Shown here: positions 40,924 to 50,903 of the stretch, piece after piece | Layout: each line of letters starts with the position of its first letter | Numbering within the stretch: position 1 is the stretch's first letter | Assembly (NCBI GenBank): GCA_046758365.1 | Contig: JBHIAC010000001.1 | Span: 1-64,000 of the forward strand | Reading direction: 5' to 3' | Source of the DNA: a bacterium | GTDB taxonomy: Bacteria; Zhuqueibacterota; Zhuqueibacteria; Oceanimicrobiales; Oceanimicrobiaceae | Length of the DNA: 64,000 nt | Notes under the pieces: generated by a model | Told to the model about the DNA's origin: nothing | The model's database searches: none | What the model saw: the letters and a program-made list of their open reading frames with translations, nothing else | Position numbers and translations under genes: made by a program

Positions 40924-42084
40924 ATGAAATCAAAATGCATGTTCACCTTTGTAATTCTTCTGTGCTTTATCGCATTTAGGAGGGACAGAGTTTTTGGTGG
41001 AGACTTAGGCTTTGGTATTGGTTTTACTGCTGGAATTAGTCGATTAGAAGGAGACTTAAAAAGTCCACAATTGAGTCCTTTGATTTCAGGTCATATACGC
41101 GTATTACCGCTTCCTTATATTGCTATCAGTGGTGAATTGGGTTACTCGCTACTAAACACCAGTAATCATCCCCAATATACAGATTTTAAGAACACAATTA
41201 TTCCTTTTGAGCTTAGTACAATTGTCAACTTTTTACCCTTTAATAAAATCAATCCTTATGTGATGGCGGGCGGGGGTGGCGTTTATTGGAGTGCTACAGG
41301 TAAGAATGCTACAGGTAATAGAATCACTCTTGAGGATGGTATTGATTCATTTCTTAAAACCGGTGGTGGATTAGAATTTCGACTTTCTAGAAGTTTTCGT
41401 TTGAATTTAGGGGCAACTTTTCGATTTTCACTTACAGATGCTTTCGATCAAATGGGACAACAAGGTGATGAGAATGATCAAGTATTGGATGTACATGCAG
41501 GATTAACGTATTATTTTAAAAAAAGCCGAAATGATAGAGACAACGATTTAATTCCTGATGATTTGGATTTAATGCCTGATATTGCAGAGGACCCAGATGG
41601 TTTTTTAGATCACGATGGTATCCCGGAAAAAAATCCTAATTTTATAAATTCTTACGATTCAACATTTGATTCCGACAATAGTACCTCTTCTCCTATTGTG
41701 ATTCATTATATAGTTCATAAAGCAGAATCTGGCCACAGTATTCCCATTAAGGCCTATGTTTATTCGGACATTAATTTAAGGGTGGTAGCGACACTTTATC
41801 GTCCTTATGGGGAGCCCAACTGGAATGTGGTGCGCATGGAAGAGCAAGGAGATAATCTTTATCATGGGGTTATTCCTGGATATGCTGTTAACACGCAGGG
41901 ATTTGAATATTGTGTTGTTGCAGTCGATGAGACTTTAAGCGGCATTGGGTATTCAGGGCTCCCAAGCAAGCCTGTGCGTGTTAAAGTCTCTCCTAATGGG
42001 AAAGTATGGCGATTTTTAGGAGGTACAGTAGGGGCGGCTACAATTGGAACAGCATCATACCTCGTTTTGAGAAAACAAAATTAA
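40924..42084 (+). CDS. OmpA-like beta-barrel protein with Asp-rich (TSP3-like) repeats, Ig-like domain and C-terminal hydrophobic helix
   Basis: Barrel strands ending AGLTYYF; DRDNDLIPDDLD..EDPDGFLDHDG; tail GGTVGAATIGTASYLVLRKQN. Confidence 0.7.
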   Translation: MKSKCMFTFVILLCFIAFRRDRVFGGDLGFGIGFTAGISRLEGDLKSPQLSPLISGHIRVLPLPYIAISGELGYSLLNTSNHPQYTDFKNTIIPFELSTIVNFLPFNKINPYVMAGGGGVYWSATGKNATGNRITLEDGIDSFLKTGGGLEFRLSRSFRLNLGATFRFSLTDAFDQMGQQGDENDQVLDVHAGLTYYFKKSRNDRDNDLIPDDLDLMPDIAEDPDGFLDHDGIPEKNPNFINSYDSTFDSDNSTSSPIVIHYIVHKAESGHSIPIKAYVYSDINLRVVATLYRPYGEPNWNVVRMEEQGDNLYHGVIPGYAVNTQGFEYCVVAVDETLSGIGYSGLPSKPVRVKVSPNGKVWRFLGGTVGAATIGTASYLVLRKQN

Positions 42085-42120
42085 TACTATATTAATTGGA
42101 AGGATCCAATATTGGAGGCA

Positions 42121-42960
42121 ATGATGAATATCAAAACTTTGATTAAAAAAAGTTTTAGACAGAGCATGAACATTTCGACAGCCTTGTTAATTTATGTCTT
42201 TTTGTGGGGGTGTGGTGCTTCTAGGCAAGATACAAATTTTGAAGGAGATGAAATTGATATCGATCAACTTTTAGGTGAAAAGGAGATGAGTTCAACGGAT
42301 CGGGAATCTGAAGAAGCTGAGGTTCTGAGGCTTTTAGGGATTACACCTGAAGAAAATAAAACTCAGCAATCAGAAGTTACCTCTTTACAACAAGAATCTC
42401 CCCAGAGTTCTTTACAAACGGATATTTCAAAACTCCAACAAGATCTAGATGAAAAGGATAGAGAAATCTCAACTTTGAGGTCACAGATTACTCAGAAGGA
42501 ATCTAAAATTAGTGAACTTGAGTCTCGTTTAAGCTCATCCGAAAAGCGTAGGCGGACTTCTTCACGCTCTAACCGATTCATGCAACCAAGCGAAGATTTT
42601 AAATCAAAATATCAATATGCTTTAAATCAGTTTAACTCCCGGAATTACCAAGAAGCTCTATCCGTGTTTCGGGAGTTACTTACCCTGGATGTAAACAACA
42701 CCCTTTCTGATAATTGCCAGTACTGGATAGGAGAATGTTATTATGCCCTGATAAACTACAATCAAGCCATTGCAGAATTTGAAAAAGTATTTTCATTTCC
42801 TAATTCTAATAAGAGTGATGATGCCCAATTAAAACTCGGAATTTGTTACCTTAAATTGGGAGACAAACAACAAGCACGAGCAGAATTTGAGCGTCTCCTG
42901 TCAAATTATCCCGAAAGCGAATATATTGGATTAACCCAAAGATACCTAAGCAGATTATGA
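42121..42960 (+). CDS. CpoB/YbgF-like coiled-coil TPR lipoprotein
   Basis: Lipobox LWGC, coiled coil, DNCQYWIGE, KSDDAQLKLG TPR motifs; start uncertain. Confidence 0.8.
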   Translation: MMNIKTLIKKSFRQSMNISTALLIYVFLWGCGASRQDTNFEGDEIDIDQLLGEKEMSSTDRESEEAEVLRLLGITPEENKTQQSEVTSLQQESPQSSLQTDISKLQQDLDEKDREISTLRSQITQKESKISELESRLSSSEKRRRTSSRSNRFMQPSEDFKSKYQYALNQFNSRNYQEALSVFRELLTLDVNNTLSDNCQYWIGECYYALINYNQAIAEFEKVFSFPNSNKSDDAQLKLGICYLKLGDKQQARAEFERLLSNYPESEYIGLTQRYLSRL

Positions 42961-42996
42961 GCGTGATCGTGGCAATAAACTAACCCTATAAACTAT

Positions 42997-43020
42997 GGGT
43001 GGGTTCTTCCCACCCTTTTT
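42997..43020 (+). terminator. Rho-independent terminator
   Basis: GGGTGGG-TTCTT-CCCACCC-TTTTT. Confidence 0.88.
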
Positions 43021-43051
43021 ATTTTTTTCCTATATAAGTATTTCCTTTCAC

Positions 43052-43079
43052 TTGACTTTCTGGTAAAAAATTCTATATT
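43052..43079 (+). promoter_or_regulatory. Sigma-70 promoter for galT-glgA
   Basis: TTGACT-N16-TATATT. Confidence 0.6.
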
Positions 43080-43131
43080 AAATGCTCGTGAAAATAAATC
43101 TTTAATTTTATAGGTAAAGATTAAAATTTAT

Positions 43132-44124
43132 ATGTCACAGCTGAGAAAGGATCCTATTGTTGGTCGATGGGTAATAATTTCTACTGAACGGGGAAAACGG
43201 CCTTCGGATTGGGTTACTGAACCTAAAAGTAAAGGAGGAGGATTCTGTCCATTCTGTCCTGGAAACGAAGATAAAACACCACCAGAGATTATGGCGGTAC
43301 GATCGAATAATGATCAACGGGATGTTCCAGGCTGGGAAATAAGAGTGGTGTCAAACAAATTTCCTGCCCTGCAAATTGAAGGCGAGCTTAATCGAAAAGG
43401 TGAGGGGATTTATGATTTGATGAATGGGGTAGGTGCACATGAAGTTATCATCGAAACACCTAATCATGCTGCCGATTTAACCGATTTCAGTGAAAAACAC
43501 ATTGCCGATATTTTATTCATTTTTCGTGATAGAACTCTTGATCTTAAAAGAGATTTAAGATTTAAGTATATATTAATTTTCAAAAACCACGGGGTCGCTG
43601 CTGGGGCTTCTTTAGAACATACCCATTCTCAACTGATTGTAACACCGATAATTCCTAAAAGAGTTATGGAGGAATTGGAAGGAAGTAAACGTTTTTACAA
43701 TTATAAGGAAAGATGTATTTTCTGTGACATAATTCGTCAAGAAGGCCAATCACAAAGACGCCTGGTCGCCTCTTTTGATTCCTATATTACGATTGAACCC
43801 TTTGCACCGAGATTCCCGTATGAGACCTGGATATTACCAACTCAACACTATTCGCACTATGAGAATATGCCGAATGAAATGTATTACGAATTGGCTTCTG
43901 TTTTGAAAGATGCATTAAGTAGAATAAACAGTGCCTTAGGTTATCCGCCATTCAATTTTATCCTGCATACTTCACCTATTCAAGAATCCATGTATTTAGA
44001 ATATCATTGGCATTTGGAAATCATACCAAAATTAACTAAAGTCGCCGGCTTTGAGTGGGGTTCTGGCTTTTATATTAACTCTACACCCCCAGAGATAGCT
44101 GCAGAGCATCTAAAAAATGTTTAA
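43132..44124 (+). CDS. galT: Galactose-1-phosphate uridylyltransferase family
   Basis: CPFCPGNE, NKFPAL, GASLEHTHSQ. Confidence 0.92.
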   Translation: MSQLRKDPIVGRWVIISTERGKRPSDWVTEPKSKGGGFCPFCPGNEDKTPPEIMAVRSNNDQRDVPGWEIRVVSNKFPALQIEGELNRKGEGIYDLMNGVGAHEVIIETPNHAADLTDFSEKHIADILFIFRDRTLDLKRDLRFKYILIFKNHGVAAGASLEHTHSQLIVTPIIPKRVMEELEGSKRFYNYKERCIFCDIIRQEGQSQRRLVASFDSYITIEPFAPRFPYETWILPTQHYSHYENMPNEMYYELASVLKDALSRINSALGYPPFNFILHTSPIQESMYLEYHWHLEIIPKLTKVAGFEWGSGFYINSTPPEIAAEHLKNV

Positions 44125-44170
44125 AAAACCAATACGATTAATTTAATAAAAACTTTAATCATTAAGAGAA

Positions 44171-45667
44171 ATGAGAGGTAAATTGAAAATTTTTTATGTC
44201 TCATCTGAGGTTGCTCCTTTTGCCAAAACCGGAGGGCTTGGCGATGTCACCGGTGCCCTACCTAAATATTTGAAACAGTTAGGGCATGACATTCGTGTTA
44301 TGATGCCCAATTACAAATTGATTAACGAAAGAAAATATGTCTTGAGGGATGTTATTCGTCTCCAAGGCCTTGAGCTTAAGATAGGAAATGAAATATATCA
44401 AGCAAATGGCAAATCTGCTTTTCTCCCTGATTCCAAGGTACAAGTATATTTCTTAGACAATAAGTTCTTTTTCGACCGAGAAGGATTGTATTGTGATAGT
44501 AAAACAGGATTAGATTATCAAGACAATGCTGAGCGGTTTATATTTTTCTCCAAAGGTTGTTTAGAAACTTTAAAGTTGCTTCATTGGCAACCCGATATTA
44601 TTCATTGTAATGATTGGCAAACAGCTTTAATACCGCTCTTTTTAAAAAGCATTTACAAAGAAGATCCTTTTTTCAAAAATACGAAAACTTTATTGACTAT
44701 ACATAATTTAGCTTATCAAGGAAATTTTGAACCATCTGTTGTCCAAAAAGCAGGTCTTCAAGATCATATTTCTTATTCTGATAGCCCGGTTGATTATTGC
44801 GGCAAATTTAGTTTCCTAAAAGCAGGTTTAGAATATGCTGATTTACTAAGTACGGTCAGCGAAACCTATGTCAATGATATTCAAGAAAGTCCAGATTACG
44901 GTTATGGATTCGAAGGGTTTTTAAAAAAAAGAAAAAATGATCTTTTCGGTATTATCAATGGAATAGATATTCAAGTTTGGAACCCCGAAACAGATAAATT
45001 AATTCCTTTTAATTATAATAAACGCACTCTCTCGGATAAATATAAAAATAAAGAGGAGCTTTTAAAACGATTTAATTTAAAGTTTAATGAAAATATACCG
45101 GTAATTTCAACTATTTCTCGTTTAGTTGATCAGAAAGGATTTGATTTGATAACAGCTATAATAGATCAACTAATGCAATTGGACTTGCAATTAATAATAT
45201 TGGGAATTGGTGAACAGAAATATCACAGTTTTTTTCGAAAAATTCAAAAAAAATATCCTACGAAATTTGGAATTGAATTGAGTTTTAATAACCCAGTAGC
45301 CCATTTGATTGAAGCTGGGAGTGATATATATCTGATGCCCTCGCGATTTGAACCGTGTGGTTTGAATCAATTATATAGCTTAAAATACGGAACAATTCCG
45401 ATTGTAAGAAAAACAGGGGGGCTTGCAGATACCATTGAAAATATTGACATTAATACAATATCTGGCACTGGATTTGTTTTTAAAAAATATGATTCCAATG
45501 AATTACTAAAAATAATAAAAAATGCTTTAAAGTTATTCAATAAAAAAGATATTTGGGTAAAAATTATACAGAACGCTATGAAACAAGATTTCTCTTGGAA
45601 ATCATCAGCTCAAAAATATGTCAAACTATATCAAAAGTTGATGAATACTAAAACTAATAAAAAATAA
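44171..45667 (+). CDS. glgA: Glycogen synthase (GT5)
   Basis: KTGGLGDV, HCNDWQT, TIHNLAYQG, PSRFEPCGL. Confidence 0.93.
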   Translation: MRGKLKIFYVSSEVAPFAKTGGLGDVTGALPKYLKQLGHDIRVMMPNYKLINERKYVLRDVIRLQGLELKIGNEIYQANGKSAFLPDSKVQVYFLDNKFFFDREGLYCDSKTGLDYQDNAERFIFFSKGCLETLKLLHWQPDIIHCNDWQTALIPLFLKSIYKEDPFFKNTKTLLTIHNLAYQGNFEPSVVQKAGLQDHISYSDSPVDYCGKFSFLKAGLEYADLLSTVSETYVNDIQESPDYGYGFEGFLKKRKNDLFGIINGIDIQVWNPETDKLIPFNYNKRTLSDKYKNKEELLKRFNLKFNENIPVISTISRLVDQKGFDLITAIIDQLMQLDLQLIILGIGEQKYHSFFRKIQKKYPTKFGIELSFNNPVAHLIEAGSDIYLMPSRFEPCGLNQLYSLKYGTIPIVRKTGGLADTIENIDINTISGTGFVFKKYDSNELLKIIKNALKLFNKKDIWVKIIQNAMKQDFSWKSSAQKYVKLYQKLMNTKTNKK

Positions 45668-45811
45668 ATGAAGTAAGTACAAAGCACCAATTTTATAAAT
45701 TCTAAATTATTAAATTTTCAAAATATTCTATTTAAAAACGCGTGGAAATACCTTTTTAATTTAGGAATGCCAGGCGTTTCTTTTTTTAGAAATGAGTTTC
45801 ATTTAAGGCCC

Positions 45812-45846
45812 TGTTTCATTGCGGAACAATGTTTCGGACTAACACA
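45812..45846 (+). promoter_or_regulatory. Tandem TGT-N11-ACA enhancer sites (EPS operon 1)
   Basis: TGTTTCATTGCGGAACA and TGTTTCGGACTAACACA separated by 1 bp. Confidence 0.7.
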
Positions 45847-45941
45847 TACTTAACGACGATTAAATTTCAAATATGAGTATAAATTTAAAACAACGTATGG
45901 TAAATATTTAACATAGGCGAAAAGGGGTTTAATTTAATACC

Positions 45942-45957
45942 TGGCATAAATTTTGTT
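45942..45957 (+). promoter_or_regulatory. Probable sigma-54 promoter (non-canonical -12)
   Basis: TGGCATAAATTTTGTT = GG-N10-GT. Confidence 0.6.
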
Positions 45958-46011
45958 AATTTTTAATTTTTAAGTATCACAAAATCATCAAATTAATATT
46001 CAACATTTTAT

Positions 46012-46722
46012 ATGGAAGGTATCGAAATTTCAGAAGGAAGAGTGGGGGCCAGAAGAGATATTAAATTGTTGACCATAAAAGGTTATGTTGATACCATGAC
46101 CTGTTCTATTTTACTCAACAAAATTACTGAAATTCTAAATAGTAGTTTCTTCCATGTAATCATTGACATGGCGCAGGTTAATTATGTAAGCAGTGCCGGA
46201 TGGGGCATTTTTGTTGGTGAATTAAAAGGTGTCCGGGAAAAGGGCGGTGATTTAAAAATTGTTCAGATGACCCCAGAAGTTTATGACGTATTTGAGATGC
46301 TTGAATTCCATCGTATTCTTTCTTACTACGAATCCATAGAAGAAGCGATTAACGATTTTGATCTATCGATTGGTTTGGATATCACCAAGAGTGTTAAAAA
46401 GAGTTATAGTCCCGGGAACGGACAAACAGTCGGAACCGTACCAAGTATGGTGCAGCGGTCGGTGAAAAGTTCCCCAGGTAAGCTCCATTCTCGATATGTA
46501 TTTACAAACACTAAAGTTGATGAAAGGAATTTGCCTTTAACTGAAAAGGTTAAATTAATTATCATAGATGACCCGAATCAGGGGGGATTAAAAATTAAAA
46601 GGGTACTAAACACTAAGCGTTTTGGCTTCACGAAAATTAGCTTTTTTCAAATTTACAGATTACTAAGAAAATTAAATCTTGAAAATAAGGCTAAACGTTA
46701 TCGTTTTTTTAGATCTAGATAA
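46012..46722 (+). CDS. STAS (anti-sigma factor antagonist) protein with C-terminal HTH-like extension
   Basis: G.VD, IIDM..V.YVSSAG, GG.LKI, V.DVFEML; basic helical C-terminal domain. Confidence 0.85.
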   Translation: MEGIEISEGRVGARRDIKLLTIKGYVDTMTCSILLNKITEILNSSFFHVIIDMAQVNYVSSAGWGIFVGELKGVREKGGDLKIVQMTPEVYDVFEMLEFHRILSYYESIEEAINDFDLSIGLDITKSVKKSYSPGNGQTVGTVPSMVQRSVKSSPGKLHSRYVFTNTKVDERNLPLTEKVKLIIIDDPNQGGLKIKRVLNTKRFGFTKISFFQIYRLLRKLNLENKAKRYRFFRSR

Positions 46723-46780
46723 AAAGTTCACCTAATACTTTAATAAACAAAGTTACTAATAATAAAAGAGAGACAAGGAT

Positions 46781-47470
46781 ATGAGCGCTAAAAACAAACA
46801 AGGAAGGGTAAAAATTGAAGTAATTTTTGTTTTTATATTACAATTTTTAATTCTATTCCCGAATGAAAGTCTTAAGGCTGAATTACAAAGAAGTAGTCTC
46901 ACTTTTAGAAAAGGCGATGCCATTCGATTAACGATTTGGCTATCATGGGGGATTGGAAATGAGAGAAATCAAAATATAAACTTGAATGGCGATTATCTTA
47001 TCGATAGTCGAGGCTATGTTTTTCTACCGCTTCTTGGAGATATTAAAGTGATTGGTCATACTACTAGGACTTTATCTGAGACACTCAGAAAAAAATTCAG
47101 CCAATACATCCAAGAACCAATTGTGATTGTTGAGCCACTGATTCGAGTAACTATGATGGGTGAATTCCGACGGCCTGGTACCTATTTAATACCTCCTGAT
47201 GCTTCACTCTGGGAACTAGTAGATTTAGCTGGTGGGCCAAACGATGACAGCAACCTAAAGAAGATGTGGGTTGAAAGGGGTGGACGAAAAGTTAAAAGGA
47301 ATCTTTTAAGTAGCTTCGAGAGGGCCTATTCCATAGAAGAAATTGGAATTAAATCGGGCGATCAAGTCTATGTACCTATTCGACGTCGTTTTCAACTCAG
47401 AGTTGCTTTTGATATTCTGAGGTTTACAGTATCTCTCATTAACCTTTATTTCTTAATTAGCAGATTATAA
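46781..47470 (+). CDS. Polysaccharide export protein (Wza/OPX-like, SLBB)
   Basis: GDAI.L, G.VFLPLLG.I.V.G, GEFRRPG.Y, AGG, GDQVYVP. Confidence 0.88.
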   Translation: MSAKNKQGRVKIEVIFVFILQFLILFPNESLKAELQRSSLTFRKGDAIRLTIWLSWGIGNERNQNINLNGDYLIDSRGYVFLPLLGDIKVIGHTTRTLSETLRKKFSQYIQEPIVIVEPLIRVTMMGEFRRPGTYLIPPDASLWELVDLAGGPNDDSNLKKMWVERGGRKVKRNLLSSFERAYSIEEIGIKSGDQVYVPIRRRFQLRVAFDILRFTVSLINLYFLISRL

Positions 47471-47506
47471 ATTTAAATTTTATAAATATTAGGAGATGAA
47501 GTAAAT

Positions 47507-49849
47507 ATGGAGCCGTTTTTTATTAACGAAGATGAACAATTCGATGATGAGAAATTAGATTTACAAAAGTACTTCCGGGTGCTCATTAAGCGTTGGTGGT
47601 TGATATCGATAATTACATTGGTTGTATTGGTACCTTGGGTTTTACATTTAAAAAGCCAGCCACCTGTTTATGAAGCCGAGGCCCTAATTCGATTTAAAAG
47701 CTTTGCGGGTAGTGATCCAAGTAGTTTAATGAAGAGTCGAATTACAGAACTTACCAGTAGATCTTTTGCTGAAAAAGTCGTGGCGCAGTTAGGCCTATCA
47801 ATGCACCTTAACTCTCAAAATAAACGATTAACAAAAAGGAATGAATTCTTTGATGTATTTTCGACATCAAAAAAACCTGTATCAGGGGACTATATTCTTC
47901 GTTTATCAAGTGATCAAACTTATACATTAACTTTTAAGTTGTCTGATAAAGAAATAGGCCGGATTATACAAAAGGGTTCTATTTCCGAAATTACAAAGAA
48001 CGTGTGTACAGTAAATGGATTCTCTTTTAAATTGGTTCCAAATGGATTAGAATTGCCGCTTGAAATTCCTTTCAAAATTGGAAATTTTCGCAAAACCGTG
48101 GAAGCCTTTATATCACGAACGAAAGTGAAGCCATCTCGTTCAGGTACTCTAATGAAAGTGACATTAACTGATACCGATCCTTACCTCGTAACAGAAATGA
48201 CCAATCGATTAGCTGAAATATTTATTGAAGAAAGTGCTTCTCTTAAGAAGAAGTCGATTCAAAGCAAACGCCAAATCTTGGAAGAGCAACTTCATTTAGT
48301 TGAACAAAAGTTAGATGAATCAGATAAAGCGTTAAAAAATTTTAAGGAGCAGTACTCTACTAACCTCGATGCTGATCAGAAAAACCAACTTAATGATTTA
48401 CTAGGTACAGAAAAACGAAAGAAATATATTGAAACGGTTATAAGCACCCTTAATGCTCTTCTGGCCAAACTGAAAGAAAAGAATGAGACCATAATTGGTG
48501 ATGGTGTAGATCAAAGCGAAATAAATCGTAGATATGTTATGCGAGAGATTGCCAGTCATTCAGTTTTCGATGATAATGCTACTATGTTGATATCCCGCCA
48601 GAGGTTGAGAGATTTGGAAGCTTCTTGGAAAGAACAAGTCGCCAGAACTTCAGAAGAAAATTTTAGGGCTAAAGAGATTTTGCATGAAATAAAACAGCTT
48701 CATTATCAAATTGAAAATATTGCAATCCAAGAGATTCAAAAACTTGAGAAGGATTTAGTGGTTACTAATCAAGAAATTGCCAAACTAGAATATCGATTGA
48801 AACAGTTACCAACCTATCAGTATCAATTAAGCGAATTAACCCGGAAACATCAGGTACTTGAGAATCAATACATGGATCTCCTTGCTAAAACTCGAGAAGC
48901 TGTGATTTCAGAAGCAGTAGAAACTGAAAATATTGAAATATTGGATCCGGCTATTATTCCAGAACTTCCAACAAATAGAGATAAAAAAAAGAAAGCCGCC
49001 TATGGCGGTATATTTGGTTTAATGCTTGGCGTGACCGTTGCATTAGTTCTCGAATTTTTAGACAAAAGTATAAAGACGGCTGATGATGTAAAAAAATATT
49101 TGAAATTGAAAATACTGGGTAGCATTCCTCAAATAGATTTTAATGATGTTTATGATTTTCAAGATTCGGAAAAGATAAAACAAATTGATCAGCAGTTGGT
49201 CACTCACGACTACTCTCCATCGCCCGTGGGAGAGGCTTATCGTTCTCTCCGAACTAATTTAATGTTTTCAAAGGAAACAGGTAGAATTCAATCCTTAGTT
49301 ATAACTAGTAATGAACCTGGAGATGGTAAATCTTTTACCGCAGCGAATCTCTCTATTACTTTCGCACAGCTAAAGAGTAATACATTGCTCATAGATAGTG
49401 ATTTAAGGCGTGGCGTACTTCACAATACATTTGGAGTTTCCAAGGAGCCAGGATTAAGTAATTATCTGACCAATATGGTACCGCTGCAAAGCATTCTAAA
49501 TGAGACCCATATTCCTAATTTAACGCTAATTAGTTGTGGTTCTTTAATCCCGAATCCATCAGAATTACTTGGTTCCCACCAAATGCAGCGATTCTTGGAT
49601 GAAGTAAGAAGGAAATTCGAATTGATTATTTTCGACAGCCCGCCATTAAATGCAGCTACCGATGCTGTTGTTATCGGTACACAAGTTGATTCCACGGTTA
49701 TAGTTATTCGAGCAGGGAAAACTGATCGAGAGGTAGCCCAGCAAAAACTTGAATTGTTTTCCAATATGCCATCGACCGTTATAGGAGTTATTCTCAATGG
49801 AACGACTGCTGATATGGCGCATCCAGGATACAGTTACTATCATTACTAA
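47507..49849 (+). CDS. wzc: Polysaccharide co-polymerase/BY-kinase (Wzc-like)
   Basis: Two TMs, EAYRSLRTN, GDGKS, IDSDLR, FDSPP, C-terminal YSYYHY. Confidence 0.92.
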   Translation: MEPFFINEDEQFDDEKLDLQKYFRVLIKRWWLISIITLVVLVPWVLHLKSQPPVYEAEALIRFKSFAGSDPSSLMKSRITELTSRSFAEKVVAQLGLSMHLNSQNKRLTKRNEFFDVFSTSKKPVSGDYILRLSSDQTYTLTFKLSDKEIGRIIQKGSISEITKNVCTVNGFSFKLVPNGLELPLEIPFKIGNFRKTVEAFISRTKVKPSRSGTLMKVTLTDTDPYLVTEMTNRLAEIFIEESASLKKKSIQSKRQILEEQLHLVEQKLDESDKALKNFKEQYSTNLDADQKNQLNDLLGTEKRKKYIETVISTLNALLAKLKEKNETIIGDGVDQSEINRRYVMREIASHSVFDDNATMLISRQRLRDLEASWKEQVARTSEENFRAKEILHEIKQLHYQIENIAIQEIQKLEKDLVVTNQEIAKLEYRLKQLPTYQYQLSELTRKHQVLENQYMDLLAKTREAVISEAVETENIEILDPAIIPELPTNRDKKKKAAYGGIFGLMLGVTVALVLEFLDKSIKTADDVKKYLKLKILGSIPQIDFNDVYDFQDSEKIKQIDQQLVTHDYSPSPVGEAYRSLRTNLMFSKETGRIQSLVITSNEPGDGKSFTAANLSITFAQLKSNTLLIDSDLRRGVLHNTFGVSKEPGLSNYLTNMVPLQSILNETHIPNLTLISCGSLIPNPSELLGSHQMQRFLDEVRRKFELIIFDSPPLNAATDAVVIGTQVDSTVIVIRAGKTDREVAQQKLELFSNMPSTVIGVILNGTTADMAHPGYSYYHY

Positions 49850-49888
49850 ATCAATCTTGAATCTCAAATTTAAAGCCTATTTTTAAAT

Positions 49889-50860
49889 ATGAAAAGAATC
49901 TTGGTAACAGGAGGAGCAGGATTTATCGGGTCGCATCTCTGTGATACTCTATTGAATCAAGGACATGCAGTAATTTGCCTTGACAATTTCAATACTTATT
50001 ATAATCCACAAATCAAACGACAGAATATAGTATCTATTATATCCAACAAAAATATTAAACTTTTCGAAGGTGATATTCTTGATTTACAATTTTTACGCCA
50101 GATATTTCAAACCTCGGCCATTGAAATTATCGTGCATCTGGCTGCTCGTGCTGGGGTACGACCATCCATTTATAAACCATTGTTATATCAAAAAGTGAAT
50201 ATCCAAGGCACAAACAATCTTCTGGAAATGGCTAAAGAATTTCAAATTGAGAAATTCATTTTTGGGTCTTCGTCTTCTGTTTATGGGCAAAATACAAAAG
50301 TCCCCTTTCGCGAAGATGATTCTGTGGATCACCCTATTTCACCCTATGCTGCAACAAAGAGAGCTTGTGAACTTATTTGTTATACCTATCACCATTTATA
50401 TAAACTGCCAGTCACGTGTTTAAGATTTTTCACAGTCTATGGACCCCGTCAGAGACCAGATATGGCTATACATATTTTTACGAAAAGAATTTTTCATGAT
50501 GAAAAAATTTCAATGTTTGGTGAGGGAAACTCTCAACGAGATTATACTTATATTTCTGATATTATTGACGGTATTTGTAAATCTATCGAACACTGCAAGG
50601 AATTCCACATTTACAATTTAGGAGATTCAAGAACCATCGAGCTGCGAAAATTGATAGATTTGATCGCAAATTGTATAGGCAAAGAGCCCCTTATTCAGAT
50701 TTTACCTGTACAACCCGGGGATGTTCATATAACTTTTGCAGATATATCAAAAGCTAAAAGAGAGATAGGATATCATCCAAAGTTTGAAATTGAAGAAGGA
50801 ATAGAAAAATTTGTGGATTGGTACAAAACTATGAATTCTTTATCCAAGTTCAGATTTTAA
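49889..50860 (+). CDS. NAD-dependent sugar epimerase (UDP-glucuronate 4-epimerase-like)
   Basis: TGGAGFIG, HLAARAGVR, YAATK, RFFTVYGP..RPDMA. Confidence 0.9.
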   Translation: MKRILVTGGAGFIGSHLCDTLLNQGHAVICLDNFNTYYNPQIKRQNIVSIISNKNIKLFEGDILDLQFLRQIFQTSAIEIIVHLAARAGVRPSIYKPLLYQKVNIQGTNNLLEMAKEFQIEKFIFGSSSSVYGQNTKVPFREDDSVDHPISPYAATKRACELICYTYHHLYKLPVTCLRFFTVYGPRQRPDMAIHIFTKRIFHDEKISMFGEGNSQRDYTYISDIIDGICKSIEHCKEFHIYNLGDSRTIELRKLIDLIANCIGKEPLIQILPVQPGDVHITFADISKAKREIGYHPKFEIEEGIEKFVDWYKTMNSLSKFRF

Positions 50861-50903
50861 AGCTTTATTCATTATAAAATAAATTACCTTCAGAAGGTTT
50901 TGC

